A stretch of DNA of 50,090 bases, taken from Deltaproteobacteria bacterium (GTDB lineage Bacteria; Desulfobacterota; JAJRXV01). Where the stretch lies: NCBI GenBank assembly GCA_024275075.1, contig JAJRZU010000050.1, positions 1 through 50,090 of the forward strand, read 5' to 3'. Positions 29,110 to 38,258 of this stretch are shown one piece after another. Under the pieces are notes generated by a model. That model was not told the origin of the DNA. It saw only the letters and a list, made by a program, of their open reading frames with translations, and ran no database searches. Positions within the stretch are counted from its first letter, which is position 1, and each line of letters begins with the position of its first letter. Both the position numbers and the translations under genes were made by a program.

Positions 29110-29824
29110 CACTCGCACCAGCCATATCATCCAGATTCTTTTGTATCTGCTGTTTTATCCGCTCTAACAACCCCTTCCTCTCCTCTTTACTCATACTTTC
29201 CGTATAGATCGGTGCGTCTATCTTTATGTGAATATTATTTTTTTTTATCATAAAGCGTTTTGGGCTCGTTATCATAGAGCTGCCAGAGATGGTAACTGGT
29301 ACTATCGGCGCACCTGCCTTGTTTATCAGGATCAGGCTCCCGCGCTTGAACGGTAGCAGTTCCCCATCCAGGCTCCTTGTCCCTTCTGGGAAGATGACCA
29401 CGGAGAACCCTTTGTTGATCGCCCGCACAGACCGCTCGATGCTCCTTATGGCGCTCCGTTTGTGCTCCCTGTCAATACTTATGTACCTCGCGGCTCTCAT
29501 CGACCAGCCAAGGAAAGGGATACGAAAGAGCTCTTTTTTTGCTATCCACTTTAATTGTACCGGGAAGTACGCGGCGATCGAAAATATGTCAAAAATACCC
29601 TGATGATTTGATATGAATATCTGAGGCCTGTCTGTAAGCAGGTTCTCCATGCCGGTGATCGTTACCTTGATACCGCTTGATAGTATTACAAGCTTCCCCC
29701 ATAACCGGGCAATTCTGTGCGCCACCCTGCCCGACGGGTCAAACATACCAAGAACTGTAGCAATAGTACCCATTACTACAGATTCCACAAACCATAATAT
29801 CCATACGAATAAGCTATATATCAT
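29096..29824 (-). CDS. plsC: 1-acyl-sn-glycerol-3-phosphate acyltransferase
   Basis: NHQGIFD and FPEGTRS motifs. Confidence 0.9.
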   Translation of the reverse strand: MIYSLFVWILWFVESVVMGTIATVLGMFDPSGRVAHRIARLWGKLVILSSGIKVTITGMENLLTDRPQIFISNHQGIFDIFSIAAYFPVQLKWIAKKELFRIPFLGWSMRAARYISIDREHKRSAIRSIERSVRAINKGFSVVIFPEGTRSLDGELLPFKRGSLILINKAGAPIVPVTISGSSMITSPKRFMIKKNNIHIKIDAPIYTESMSKEERKGLLERIKQQIQKNLDDMAGASDENR

Positions 29825-29836
29825 TTATCAGAAGAT

Positions 29837-30133
29837 CTAATCTCCGCTTTCTTCCTGCAATAACAAAAGGATTTCATAAGCATCTTCGTGAGATATCTCT
29901 ATCTTCGCGCCCTGCGGGTTCTGCTTGCTTAAAGACACCATCCGCTTCACGATATTCTCCCAATCAGCTTTTGTATACTTCTTTTTGTATATCCTGTCTG
30001 AGAAGTGGCATTTGCTGCAACGTCGGTTTAATAACTCCTTGGCCTTAGCCAGCCTTTCAGCTTTGTTTTTACATGATATAGTCGTGACACTCATGATAAA
30101 TATTAATGCCATGTAAATAATAAATTTCTTCAT
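29837..30133 (-). CDS. Small monoheme cytochrome c lipoprotein
   Basis: Lipobox TISC; CSKCH; WENIVKRM; RBS GAGGGGGAG. Confidence 0.75.
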   Translation of the reverse strand: MKKFIIYMALIFIMSVTTISCKNKAERLAKAKELLNRRCSKCHFSDRIYKKKYTKADWENIVKRMVSLSKQNPQGAKIEISHEDAYEILLLLQEESGD

Positions 30134-30158
30134 CGGCTCTCCCCCTCTTTTTTTATTA

Positions 30159-30187
30159 CGTATATCATTTAAATCATGAACTGTCAA
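30159..30187 (-). promoter_or_regulatory. Sigma70-like promoter for the cytochrome c-plsC-holB-metG operon
   Basis: Minus strand TTGACA-17 nt-TATACG with an extended TG. Confidence 0.55.
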
Positions 30188-30292
30188 TTATTATCAGGTT
30201 TAATCTAAGAAAGTCTCGTGGATCAAGTGATGGGTAGTATTTGTAGGCTGTATATATGTTTTACCTTTTTGCGAAGGAGATCATTGCGCGCC

Positions 30293-31345
30293 TCACTGCG
30301 TCAATAGTCTTATGACTTCACCTGTGATCTTATCCAAAGCTACGAGCTTTTGCGCCCCGCCATTCTTAAAAGCTTCGTTCGGCATCCCAAATACAATCGA
30401 TGACGCTTCATCCTGGGCGACAGTACCGGCGCCGGCCTCTCTCATAGCGAGGATACCGTCAGAACCGTCATGCCCCATACCAGTAAGTATGACCCCGACA
30501 GCGTTTGCACCGGCATTTTCCGCCACGGATCTCATCATCACGTCAACGGACGGGCAATAACCGCTGACCGGCTGACCGGCGTTACACGTTACTTTGTAAC
30601 TGCCACCTATGCGCCTGAGAGTCAAGTGCTTTTGCCCGGGGGCGACAAGTATCCTGCCAGGGATGACTTCATCACCACTCTCGGCCTCCTTCGCGTCCAT
30701 CGCGCAGATATCGTTAAGCCGCTCCGCGAACATCCTCGTGAACCCCGCGGGCATGTGCTGTACAACGATAACGCCCGGCGTGTTCGCAGGGAACCCTGCG
30801 ACTACCCTCTTGATAGCTTCGGTGCCGCCGGTAGATGCCCCGATCGCGATTATCTGCACTTTTGATTTACCTATATCATCATTATTGCCTTTATGAGACA
30901 AAACATCCTTGGCGCCGTTTATGCTTTTCCAGTGAGTCACGTTTGCAGTGGATGCAATCTTCACTTTCGCGCGCAACTCCTTGATCATCGCCGCCAGCCC
31001 CTGCGGTACATTCGCCAACGGTTTGGAGATAAAATCGACAGCGCCCGCCTCGAGAGCGTCAAGCGTTACGCTTTTACCTTTTTGAGTGAGTGAGCTGACC
31101 ATCACAACCGGTATCGGGAACTGCGGCATGAGCCGTCTTAGAAACTCAACGCCATTCATTCTGGGCATCTCGACATCGAGCGTGAGGACGTCCGGCCTGT
31201 ATTTTATTATCTTATCGCGGGCAACGTAAGGGTCTGGCGCGGTGGCGACCACCTGTATGTCAGGATCCTTGGACAGGCCGTTGGCAAGGATCGTGCGTAC
31301 TAACGACGAATCATCAACGACTATTACGCGGATCGGTTTGTTCAT
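30293..31345 (-). CDS. cheB: Chemotaxis methylesterase/response regulator
   Basis: Receiver domain (LDVEMP) plus GASTGG, QHMP and GMGHDG. Confidence 0.96.
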   Translation of the reverse strand: MNKPIRVIVVDDSSLVRTILANGLSKDPDIQVVATAPDPYVARDKIIKYRPDVLTLDVEMPRMNGVEFLRRLMPQFPIPVVMVSSLTQKGKSVTLDALEAGAVDFISKPLANVPQGLAAMIKELRAKVKIASTANVTHWKSINGAKDVLSHKGNNDDIGKSKVQIIAIGASTGGTEAIKRVVAGFPANTPGVIVVQHMPAGFTRMFAERLNDICAMDAKEAESGDEVIPGRILVAPGQKHLTLRRIGGSYKVTCNAGQPVSGYCPSVDVMMRSVAENAGANAVGVILTGMGHDGSDGILAMREAGAGTVAQDEASSIVFGMPNEAFKNGGAQKLVALDKITGEVIRLLTQ

Positions 31346-32247
31346 TTTATAACCTTTTGTAGAGAGCCGGTCCTTTGGTAGACCGCCGGTTTAATATAAC
31401 AATACGGGCATCTATCCCTCGGCAGGCTCTCTGAATGCCCGATAAAAAGATAGCCGTCTTGCGCGGTCTGTTTAAAAAACCTGTAGATAAGTTTTTCGCG
31501 GGTCGGCGCGTCAAAGTAGATCATGACATTCCGGCAAAAGATTATGTGAAAAGATTGTCTGAACGGGAAAGTCCTGTTCATAAGGTTGAAGTGACGAAAA
31601 GTGACCTCTTTCTTTACACATTCCTTTACCGCCCACTGGTCGCCGCTTTGATGAATAAAATATTTCTTGCGTAAAACCTCAGGCACCAGGTTCACCTGCT
31701 CGTCCGTATACACCCCTGATTTCGCCAGACTCAGCGCGTGAGATGAGATATCGGTCGCGAGTATCCCCGCATTCCACGATACATATCTTTCACTGAAATA
31801 TTCAAGCAACAGCATGGCGAGCATATACGGCTCCTCACCGGATGAGCAACCGGCGCACCAGATTCTTATATCATTTGATTTTTGCCGCCTTAGTCGCTGG
31901 ACAATCACCGGCAGGGCGGTATTTACAAAATAATCGAAGTGGGCTCTTTCTCTGTTAAAAAAAGTGTAATTCGTTGAGATAAAGTTTGCCAGCTCCGCTA
32001 AAGCTTTCCCTGACTTGTCCGCTATTATGCTGTCATAGTATTGTCTAAAGGATTCATACCCCTCGGCGCGAAGCAGTTTTTGTAACCGGCTGACAATAAA
32101 GGTACGTTTCTTTTCAGACAGGTTTATACCGAAACGCTCATAGATAAGGGAGCGCATTAAGTGAAACTCTTTCTCTGATATCGTCATACTCCCTAACGAG
32201 ACCTGGATTCCCATATCTTTTTTACAAACCTGTCCTGAATTAATCAT
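31342..32247 (-). CDS. cheR: Chemotaxis methyltransferase
   Basis: TFFNRE, IWCAGCSSGEEPY, ATDIS, FCRNVMIYF and GHSE motifs; start at ATG 32247 with a GGGGA RBS. Confidence 0.95.
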   Translation of the reverse strand: MINSGQVCKKDMGIQVSLGSMTISEKEFHLMRSLIYERFGINLSEKKRTFIVSRLQKLLRAEGYESFRQYYDSIIADKSGKALAELANFISTNYTFFNRERAHFDYFVNTALPVIVQRLRRQKSNDIRIWCAGCSSGEEPYMLAMLLLEYFSERYVSWNAGILATDISSHALSLAKSGVYTDEQVNLVPEVLRKKYFIHQSGDQWAVKECVKKEVTFRHFNLMNRTFPFRQSFHIIFCRNVMIYFDAPTREKLIYRFFKQTAQDGYLFIGHSESLPRDRCPYCYIKPAVYQRTGSLQKVIK

Positions 32248-32258
32248 TCGTCCCCTGA

Positions 32259-32300
32259 AGGGCATGTTGCCCAATCCTTCGCTATCTGGCAAAAGTCCCT
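32259..32300. mobile_element. Family B minimal copy (ends only, 42 bp)
   Basis: AGGGCATGTTGCCCAAT-CCTTCGCT-ATCTGGCAAAAGTCCCT. Confidence 0.65.
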
Positions 32301-32317
32301 AAAGACATCCCACCTTA

Positions 32318-32343
32318 CTCCTCCCCCTTGATGGGGGAGGAGC
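32318..32343. repeat. Palindrome family C (CTCCCCC-TTGAT-GGGGGAG)
   Basis: Stem-loop; related copies at 43977-44000 and inside dusB at 13178-13203. Confidence 0.65.
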
Positions 32344-32344
32344 T

Positions 32345-32412
32345 TTCAGCTGACGCGCCTGTTTTTGCTGTGGGTTTGATTCCCGTCAGCTTGCTACGGG
32401 GTAGTTCATTAA
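32345..32412 (-). repeat. Hairpin repeat family A, single-stem copy
   Basis: Minus strand TAATGAACTACCCCGTAGCAAGCTGACGGGAATCAAACCCACAGCAAAAACAGGCGCGTCAG. Confidence 0.85.
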
Positions 32413-32430
32413 GCTACGCAGTCTTAATGC

Positions 32431-34863
32431 TTAGTACCTGCCAAACTCTTTGTCATCAAGCGCGATTACGTCACTTGGCTTAACCGGTGCGGCGCCTGCC
32501 GTCGTCCCATGCGGCTCATCATGAGAGATAGCGGCTAAGTGCCTGCCGCCACTGCCGCCACTGCCTCCCACCGCCACCTGACGCTGCTCCATAGCGTGTG
32601 TCTCGATCGCTTTTTGAGCAGTCAGCTTAAATGCGTTTAACATTGTCTGCATCTGCGTAGCCTGCCCTGATAACTGTATTGCGGCGGACGCGCTCTCTTC
32701 CGCGTTAGCCGTATTCTGCTGCGTGACCTGCTCGATCTGACCTAACCCCTGGTTGATCTGGGTTATCCCCTGCGACTGTTCTGTAGAAGCCGCGGCGATC
32801 TCGGCGACGAGGTCTGACACTTTTGTGACGCTATCCACTATCTCTTCTAAAGCGCCTGCCGTCTTCGTTACGATTTCACTGCCGGAATCAACTTTTTTCA
32901 CCGAACCCTCGATCAGCTCGGCGGTCTCTTTCGCCGCTTTCGCGCTTCTCGCGGCAAGGTTTCTCACCTCCTCGGCGACAACGGCGAAACCCTTACCGTG
33001 TTTACCCGCCCGGGCGGCCTCAACAGCGGCGTTCAAAGCAAGCAGGTTAGTCTGGAACGCAATCTCATCGATGACTTTGATTATCTTTGATATGTTCTTG
33101 CTCGAAGCGTTGATCTCTTCCATAGCGCTTATCATCTGCTTCATCTGCGCATTACCGGTATCCGCGACCTCACTCGCCTGTGACGCGAGCTGGTTCGCCT
33201 GGGTAGCGTTCTCGGCGTTCTGTTTGGTCTGGGAGCCGATCTGGGTCATCGCACTCGTTATCTGCTCAAGCGAGCTCGCCTGCTCTGTCGCGCCCTGAGA
33301 GAGCGACTGGCTCGAATCAGACACCTGTTGAGAGCCATAAGTGATCTGGTCAGACGCCGAAGATACCTGCCCTAACGTATCGTTCAACGAGTCCAGCGAA
33401 CTGCTTATCGCCACCTTGATCAACGCGTGATCACCTTTATAGTTACCGGTTACCTTTTTGGTCAGGTCACCTTTCGCCATCTCTTCTAACACTCCTTTCG
33501 CCTCGGAGATCGGCTCTAAGATAGCGTCAAGCATCGTGTTGATTCCGCGTATCATCTCTCCCCAGCTGCCTTTGAAAGCGGCTGCGTTGCCGCGGGCGTC
33601 AAGTTTCCCCTCCTGCCCTGCCAGAATAAGGGAAGTGGTCTCCTCGAGCAGGCCGGTCATCGCGTCTATACATGAGTTCAGGCTGTCCTTTATCTCGTTG
33701 AAATCCCCTTTGTATTCCTCGGAGATCTTCGGTGGGATTATACCGTTACCGATTTGGCTGACATAATCAGAAGTAACGTTGATCGGTTTGACAAACGCCT
33801 CCACAGTCTCGTTCATACCTTTGACGATACCCTGGAACTCGAAATTTATCTTATCTACATCGGCGCGGACGCTCAACTCTCCAGATTCCACGGCGTCTGT
33901 AAGGCGCTTGCTCTCGTCAAGCAGGTTCGTTATGTTCGTCATTATTCCTTTGGTTATCCCAAAGAGCAGTAGCGCGATGATTACAGTCACAATGATAAGC
34001 GTCGTCACAAAGGAGCGCGTAACAGCCGCGAGCGCTTTTACCTGATATTTGTCGTTTGCAGAGCTTAATGCGTCTACCTTCTCCATCAGCTCATCGAGCA
34101 GCGGAGCTATGGAATGCGCGGAAGCACGAAAAATCTCCGTCTCCGCAACGACTTTTTTAGACGCGGCTACCATGCTTTGGAAGATAGCGGTATATTTATC
34201 TATGCCATCTTTAAATATCTGTTTCGCTTCATCAGAAAGCTTTGAGTTATCCACTATATCCTTAAAGACCGCCAGTTCTGCACCCATTTTCTTTACATAC
34301 TTGTCATCCCCTCTTAAGAGAAAGTCCTTTTCGTGGCGGCGCATCATCAATAATGAGTTGTACAAAGCAGTCTCACCTTTATGGTCTTTAAATATGGCCT
34401 CCACCTTGTGAGCGATGTCCCTTAATTTACCTTGTTCCCCGCTCTTATACTCCAGCCCGAGCTCTTCTTCTAATACTACAACGTTATTAAAACTCGTCTC
34501 ATAAGACTTAACGGCATTATTAAGCTTTGCTACAATGGCCTTTATCTGCGGCTCTTTGGATAACGTATCCAACTTGCCTGTTTTTTCATATATCGCCGCT
34601 ATGGTCTTGGCCTGTTTGTCAAGATACTTCTTATCCTTTCGCATCAAGAAGTCCTTCTCGTTACGCCTCGCGGCAAGAGATTCAATGCCCAGCTCAAGGG
34701 TCAGCGCATCCATGGCGGTCACTCTTTTATCTTCAAGCTTCGCCGTTTTCTGGATGTTTCGCCCGGAGTTGTAAACCAGCCCGATAACAATAAAGCCCAC
34801 CACCAACACTACTGCTATTAGCACCATCTTGTGTAATATTTTCATATTTTCATAAAACTTCAT
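32431..34863 (-). CDS. Methyl-accepting chemotaxis protein with a helical-bimodular-like sensor and multiple HAMP domains
   Basis: TM1; duplicated RR(N/H)EKDFL periplasmic modules; TM2; repeated HAMP units; [20 protein letters not shown]. Confidence 0.93.
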   Translation of the reverse strand: MKFYENMKILHKMVLIAVVLVVGFIVIGLVYNSGRNIQKTAKLEDKRVTAMDALTLELGIESLAARRNEKDFLMRKDKKYLDKQAKTIAAIYEKTGKLDTLSKEPQIKAIVAKLNNAVKSYETSFNNVVVLEEELGLEYKSGEQGKLRDIAHKVEAIFKDHKGETALYNSLLMMRRHEKDFLLRGDDKYVKKMGAELAVFKDIVDNSKLSDEAKQIFKDGIDKYTAIFQSMVAASKKVVAETEIFRASAHSIAPLLDELMEKVDALSSANDKYQVKALAAVTRSFVTTLIIVTVIIALLLFGITKGIMTNITNLLDESKRLTDAVESGELSVRADVDKINFEFQGIVKGMNETVEAFVKPINVTSDYVSQIGNGIIPPKISEEYKGDFNEIKDSLNSCIDAMTGLLEETTSLILAGQEGKLDARGNAAAFKGSWGEMIRGINTMLDAILEPISEAKGVLEEMAKGDLTKKVTGNYKGDHALIKVAISSSLDSLNDTLGQVSSASDQITYGSQQVSDSSQSLSQGATEQASSLEQITSAMTQIGSQTKQNAENATQANQLASQASEVADTGNAQMKQMISAMEEINASSKNISKIIKVIDEIAFQTNLLALNAAVEAARAGKHGKGFAVVAEEVRNLAARSAKAAKETAELIEGSVKKVDSGSEIVTKTAGALEEIVDSVTKVSDLVAEIAAASTEQSQGITQINQGLGQIEQVTQQNTANAEESASAAIQLSGQATQMQTMLNAFKLTAQKAIETHAMEQRQVAVGGSGGSGGRHLAAISHDEPHGTTAGAAPVKPSDVIALDDKEFGRY

Positions 34864-34959
34864 TTTCTTTGTCTCCCCCTTACTTTTTATTCCCCACTCT
34901 AATAATATCTTTCATGGTAATAAGAGAACCTCGCTGTGATAAGTGTTTCGCACCCGCTA

Positions 34960-35511
34960 TTATCCAGCCGTCGCTCGTTTCTTCTCCTTCGCCGGCGCCG
35001 CTCCTTTTAACATCTCCAGCTCTTCGTCGTAAAGTAGCCTGCTCACGTCAAGGATTATTTTTACATCCTCTTCCATCTTTCCCATACCTTTGATGAATCT
35101 GCCGCGGTCACCCCTGCCAGTCCTTGGCGGCGGTTCCACCTGGTCTTCAGGTATGTTCGCGACCTCGCTCACCTCGTCAACGACAAGCCCGACCGCCATA
35201 TCATTGATGTTCACGACAATAATGCATGTGCGGTCATCATACTCTTTGGGCTCTAACCTGAACCGGGTGCGCACATCTATCACCGGTATGATCTTCCCGC
35301 GAAGATTGATCACCCCCCTGACGAAGTCCGGCATATCAGGCACCTTCGTGATCCTCTGGATACCTATGATCTCGGTGACGAACCGGATCTCAATACCGTA
35401 ATCTTCCTTCGCAAGATGGAAGGTCAAATATTTGTCCTTCTGGGCATCCTCTTCATCTTCATCGTACAGTTCATCGTCTAACTTCTCTACGATACCTTTG
35501 TTCTGCGCCAT
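34960..35511 (-). CDS. cheW: Chemotaxis coupling protein
   Basis: YLTFHL, GVINLRGKIIPVID and GLVVDEV motifs. Confidence 0.96.
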   Translation of the reverse strand: MAQNKGIVEKLDDELYDEDEEDAQKDKYLTFHLAKEDYGIEIRFVTEIIGIQRITKVPDMPDFVRGVINLRGKIIPVIDVRTRFRLEPKEYDDRTCIIVVNINDMAVGLVVDEVSEVANIPEDQVEPPPRTGRGDRGRFIKGMGKMEEDVKIILDVSRLLYDEELEMLKGAAPAKEKKRATAG

Positions 35512-35512
35512 A

Positions 35513-38101
35513 CTACTCCCCTCCTTTCATAACAGTCCTGTTATTATCCTCCTGCTTCTCAGCCAGATAGACAAGAGTCCCTGCATCAAGTATCAGGCTC
35601 ACCTCACCGTTCCCTAAGATAGTGCAGCCGGAAACGCCTTTGACATTACCGATATAGCTTGATAAACCTTTTATCACCGTTTGCTGCTGACCAAGAATCT
35701 CATCGACAAAGAGACACGCCTTCTTTTCATGAGCTTCAAAAACTATCAATATCCCGTCTTTGAATTTATGATAATCCGGTTCTGTCCTTAGCACCTCATG
35801 CAGCCGGAGTATCGGGATGAACTCTTCCCGCAGGCGCACTATCTCCTGCCCGTCCGGCGAGACGATGATCTTGTTAGAATCCTGACGAAACGTCTCTTGA
35901 ATGGAGAGGATCGGCAGGATGCACTTGCTCTTACCGACGCGAACTAACATCCCCTCGATGATCGCAAGTGTAAGCGGTATGCGCAAAGTGACCTTTGTGC
36001 CGACCCCTTGTCTGCTCTGGATATCTATCTTCCCTTGTATCTTTTTCAGGTTCTGCTTGACCACGTCCATACCGACGCCTCTGCCGGAGATATCCGTCAC
36101 CTTATCAGCGGTGGAGAAGCCAGGCTGAAATACCAACGAAAAGACCTGCTTGTCGCTTAGCTCTGAGCCGTCCCCCTCGATCAGGCCCTTGGATATCGCT
36201 TTTTCAATTATCTTTTGACGGTCCAACCCCTTACCGTCATCCTCAATAATAATCCACACCTCTCCTTCTTCATGCCTCGCCGTAAGCCTTACAGTGCCTT
36301 CATCAGGCTTACCCGCCTTGCGCCGCTCCTTTTGCGGTTCTATTCCGTGATCGATGCTGTTGCGGATTAAGTGGACAAGCGGGTCTGTGATCGTCTCGAT
36401 GACAGATTTATCCACTTCGGTCTCCTCACCGGAGAGCTTCAGGACGACCCTCTTTTTTGATTTGGCGCCAAGGTCATGCACAAGGCGAATCATCCGGCGG
36501 AAGAGCCCTGATACCGGTATCATACGGATCACCATCGCCATCTCCTGCAGCTCACGCACTATCTTATCCATCTGCTGGGCGGCTTTGTTGAAATTGTCCA
36601 GTTGGAGATCGTGTAAATCGTTGTTATTGACAACGACCTTCTCGGCAATGACCAGCTCACCGATCAGATTTATCAGGGAATCGAGTTTTGTCAGGTTGAC
36701 CCGTATATCCTGCCGTTTCAGGACATCTTTCGGCGCCACTTTGACTTTCTTTTCAATGACAGGGGCGACAGTCATCATGCTTCTCGCCTCTTTTTGCTTT
36801 TTCAACGCTTCTTGCACCTGTCGCTTGGTAACAACGCCCTTCTTGACTAAAATATCGCCAAGCGGTTTTCGCTGTTCCTCTAACGCAATCTGTATCTCTT
36901 TGGGAGACACGCTCCCCTGCTCGATCAACAGGTCACCTAAGAACAGCGACCCTTTCTCCTTGCCCGGAGTAACCAGCCACCCCTTTGGCAACAAGCTTTC
37001 GATAAGCTCAAGATAAAGGGGCAGGTTACTTATTGCACCGGCGCCCTCGTTTGATATGTCAAACATAGCGGTTCTCAGCACATCGACAAGCTCTAACATA
37101 ACTTTTGCCGCTTTGTGCTTATCGACGTTGGCTTTCTCCTTTACCGCGTCCATAATAGTCTCTATCTTATTGCTGAGCATCTCTAAATCGACATAACCGA
37201 AGAAGCCGCAATTACCCTTGAAGCTGTGGATGTTGCGTAACAAATCGCCGAGGATCTCCATATCATCGATTGAATTGATCCATTTAAGGAGACCCTGCTC
37301 AAATGCCTGCAAAAGCTCGTCCGCCTCCTGAACAAAATGTTCCACCATCTGTGTCGTTATAAGGAACTCTTTTTCAGACGACGTATTTTCCTGCATGGAG
37401 TCAGCTGTCCGCTCTTCTTCAGGCTCCTTCGCACCATCTTTGGTAAGGTAGGTTTTGCGCCCTGCGTCGAGTGCGTCATTTGCCTGCTTAATAGCCTCTG
37501 TCAGATTATCGCGCACGAGCCTGGCATCCTCCGCCATACCTTTGTCAGAGAGATTATCCTGCAAATAATCCAGGGCGTCTTTTGTAAAATCACATGTGGT
37601 GCACAGAAGATCAACATGTTGGGGCCTAATCCAGATACCGCCTGAGCGGACGAGGTCAAGCAGGTTTTCCGCGGCATGAGCGACGCCACAGATATTTTCT
37701 AATTCCAGGAAGCCGGCGCTCCCTTTCATCGAGTGGAACAATCTGAAGATCGCGTTAAGTGTCTGGGAGTCACCGTTTATCAATTGAAATACTTTGCAAT
37801 TCAGGCAATCCTGTCTTGTAGCCCCCCCGATACATGACCCTAAGGCGCTTTCAACATAACCGACATGTAACCAGCACGGAAATTCTATCTCCTTTCCATA
37901 CCTTACGCAGATATCGTTCCCACATTCCATCGTTTCCCAGCAATTTACATGACCGCAGCTTTGCCCGAGCTCAATGACCGCGGGTTCTAACTGCTCGACC
38001 ATCTCTCTGGTCTCTTGTATAAATTCCTGGATTATCTCATATTGTTCACTTTTAATATCATAACTCACAATAACACTTAACCTTTTGCACTCTCCCCCCA
38101 C
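35513..38101 (-). CDS. cheA: Chemotaxis histidine kinase with two Hpt domains (start uncertain within about 35 nt)
   Basis: FHSMKG and IHSFKG Hpt motifs; HLIRNSIDHG, DDGKG, GFSTA and GRGVGMDVV; C-terminal CheW-like domain. Confidence 0.95.
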   Translation of the reverse strand: MGGECKRLSVIVSYDIKSEQYEIIQEFIQETREMVEQLEPAVIELGQSCGHVNCWETMECGNDICVRYGKEIEFPCWLHVGYVESALGSCIGGATRQDCLNCKVFQLINGDSQTLNAIFRLFHSMKGSAGFLELENICGVAHAAENLLDLVRSGGIWIRPQHVDLLCTTCDFTKDALDYLQDNLSDKGMAEDARLVRDNLTEAIKQANDALDAGRKTYLTKDGAKEPEEERTADSMQENTSSEKEFLITTQMVEHFVQEADELLQAFEQGLLKWINSIDDMEILGDLLRNIHSFKGNCGFFGYVDLEMLSNKIETIMDAVKEKANVDKHKAAKVMLELVDVLRTAMFDISNEGAGAISNLPLYLELIESLLPKGWLVTPGKEKGSLFLGDLLIEQGSVSPKEIQIALEEQRKPLGDILVKKGVVTKRQVQEALKKQKEARSMMTVAPVIEKKVKVAPKDVLKRQDIRVNLTKLDSLINLIGELVIAEKVVVNNNDLHDLQLDNFNKAAQQMDKIVRELQEMAMVIRMIPVSGLFRRMIRLVHDLGAKSKKRVVLKLSGEETEVDKSVIETITDPLVHLIRNSIDHGIEPQKERRKAGKPDEGTVRLTARHEEGEVWIIIEDDGKGLDRQKIIEKAISKGLIEGDGSELSDKQVFSLVFQPGFSTADKVTDISGRGVGMDVVKQNLKKIQGKIDIQSRQGVGTKVTLRIPLTLAIIEGMLVRVGKSKCILPILSIQETFRQDSNKIIVSPDGQEIVRLREEFIPILRLHEVLRTEPDYHKFKDGILIVFEAHEKKACLFVDEILGQQQTVIKGLSSYIGNVKGVSGCTILGNGEVSLILDAGTLVYLAEKQEDNNRTVMKGGE

Positions 38102-38258
38102 AGAAAAGATTCATATATATGTATCTATGCGAACCACAAAACACTCATTAAGAAAATTTTGGCTTATTTTTTCCGGTTGTCAATAGGTAAAAATAAAAAA
38201 CACGTTTTTTTTGGTGGAATTGCCTGCTCTGTTAATTGTTACAGCATGTTAGGTGGGT

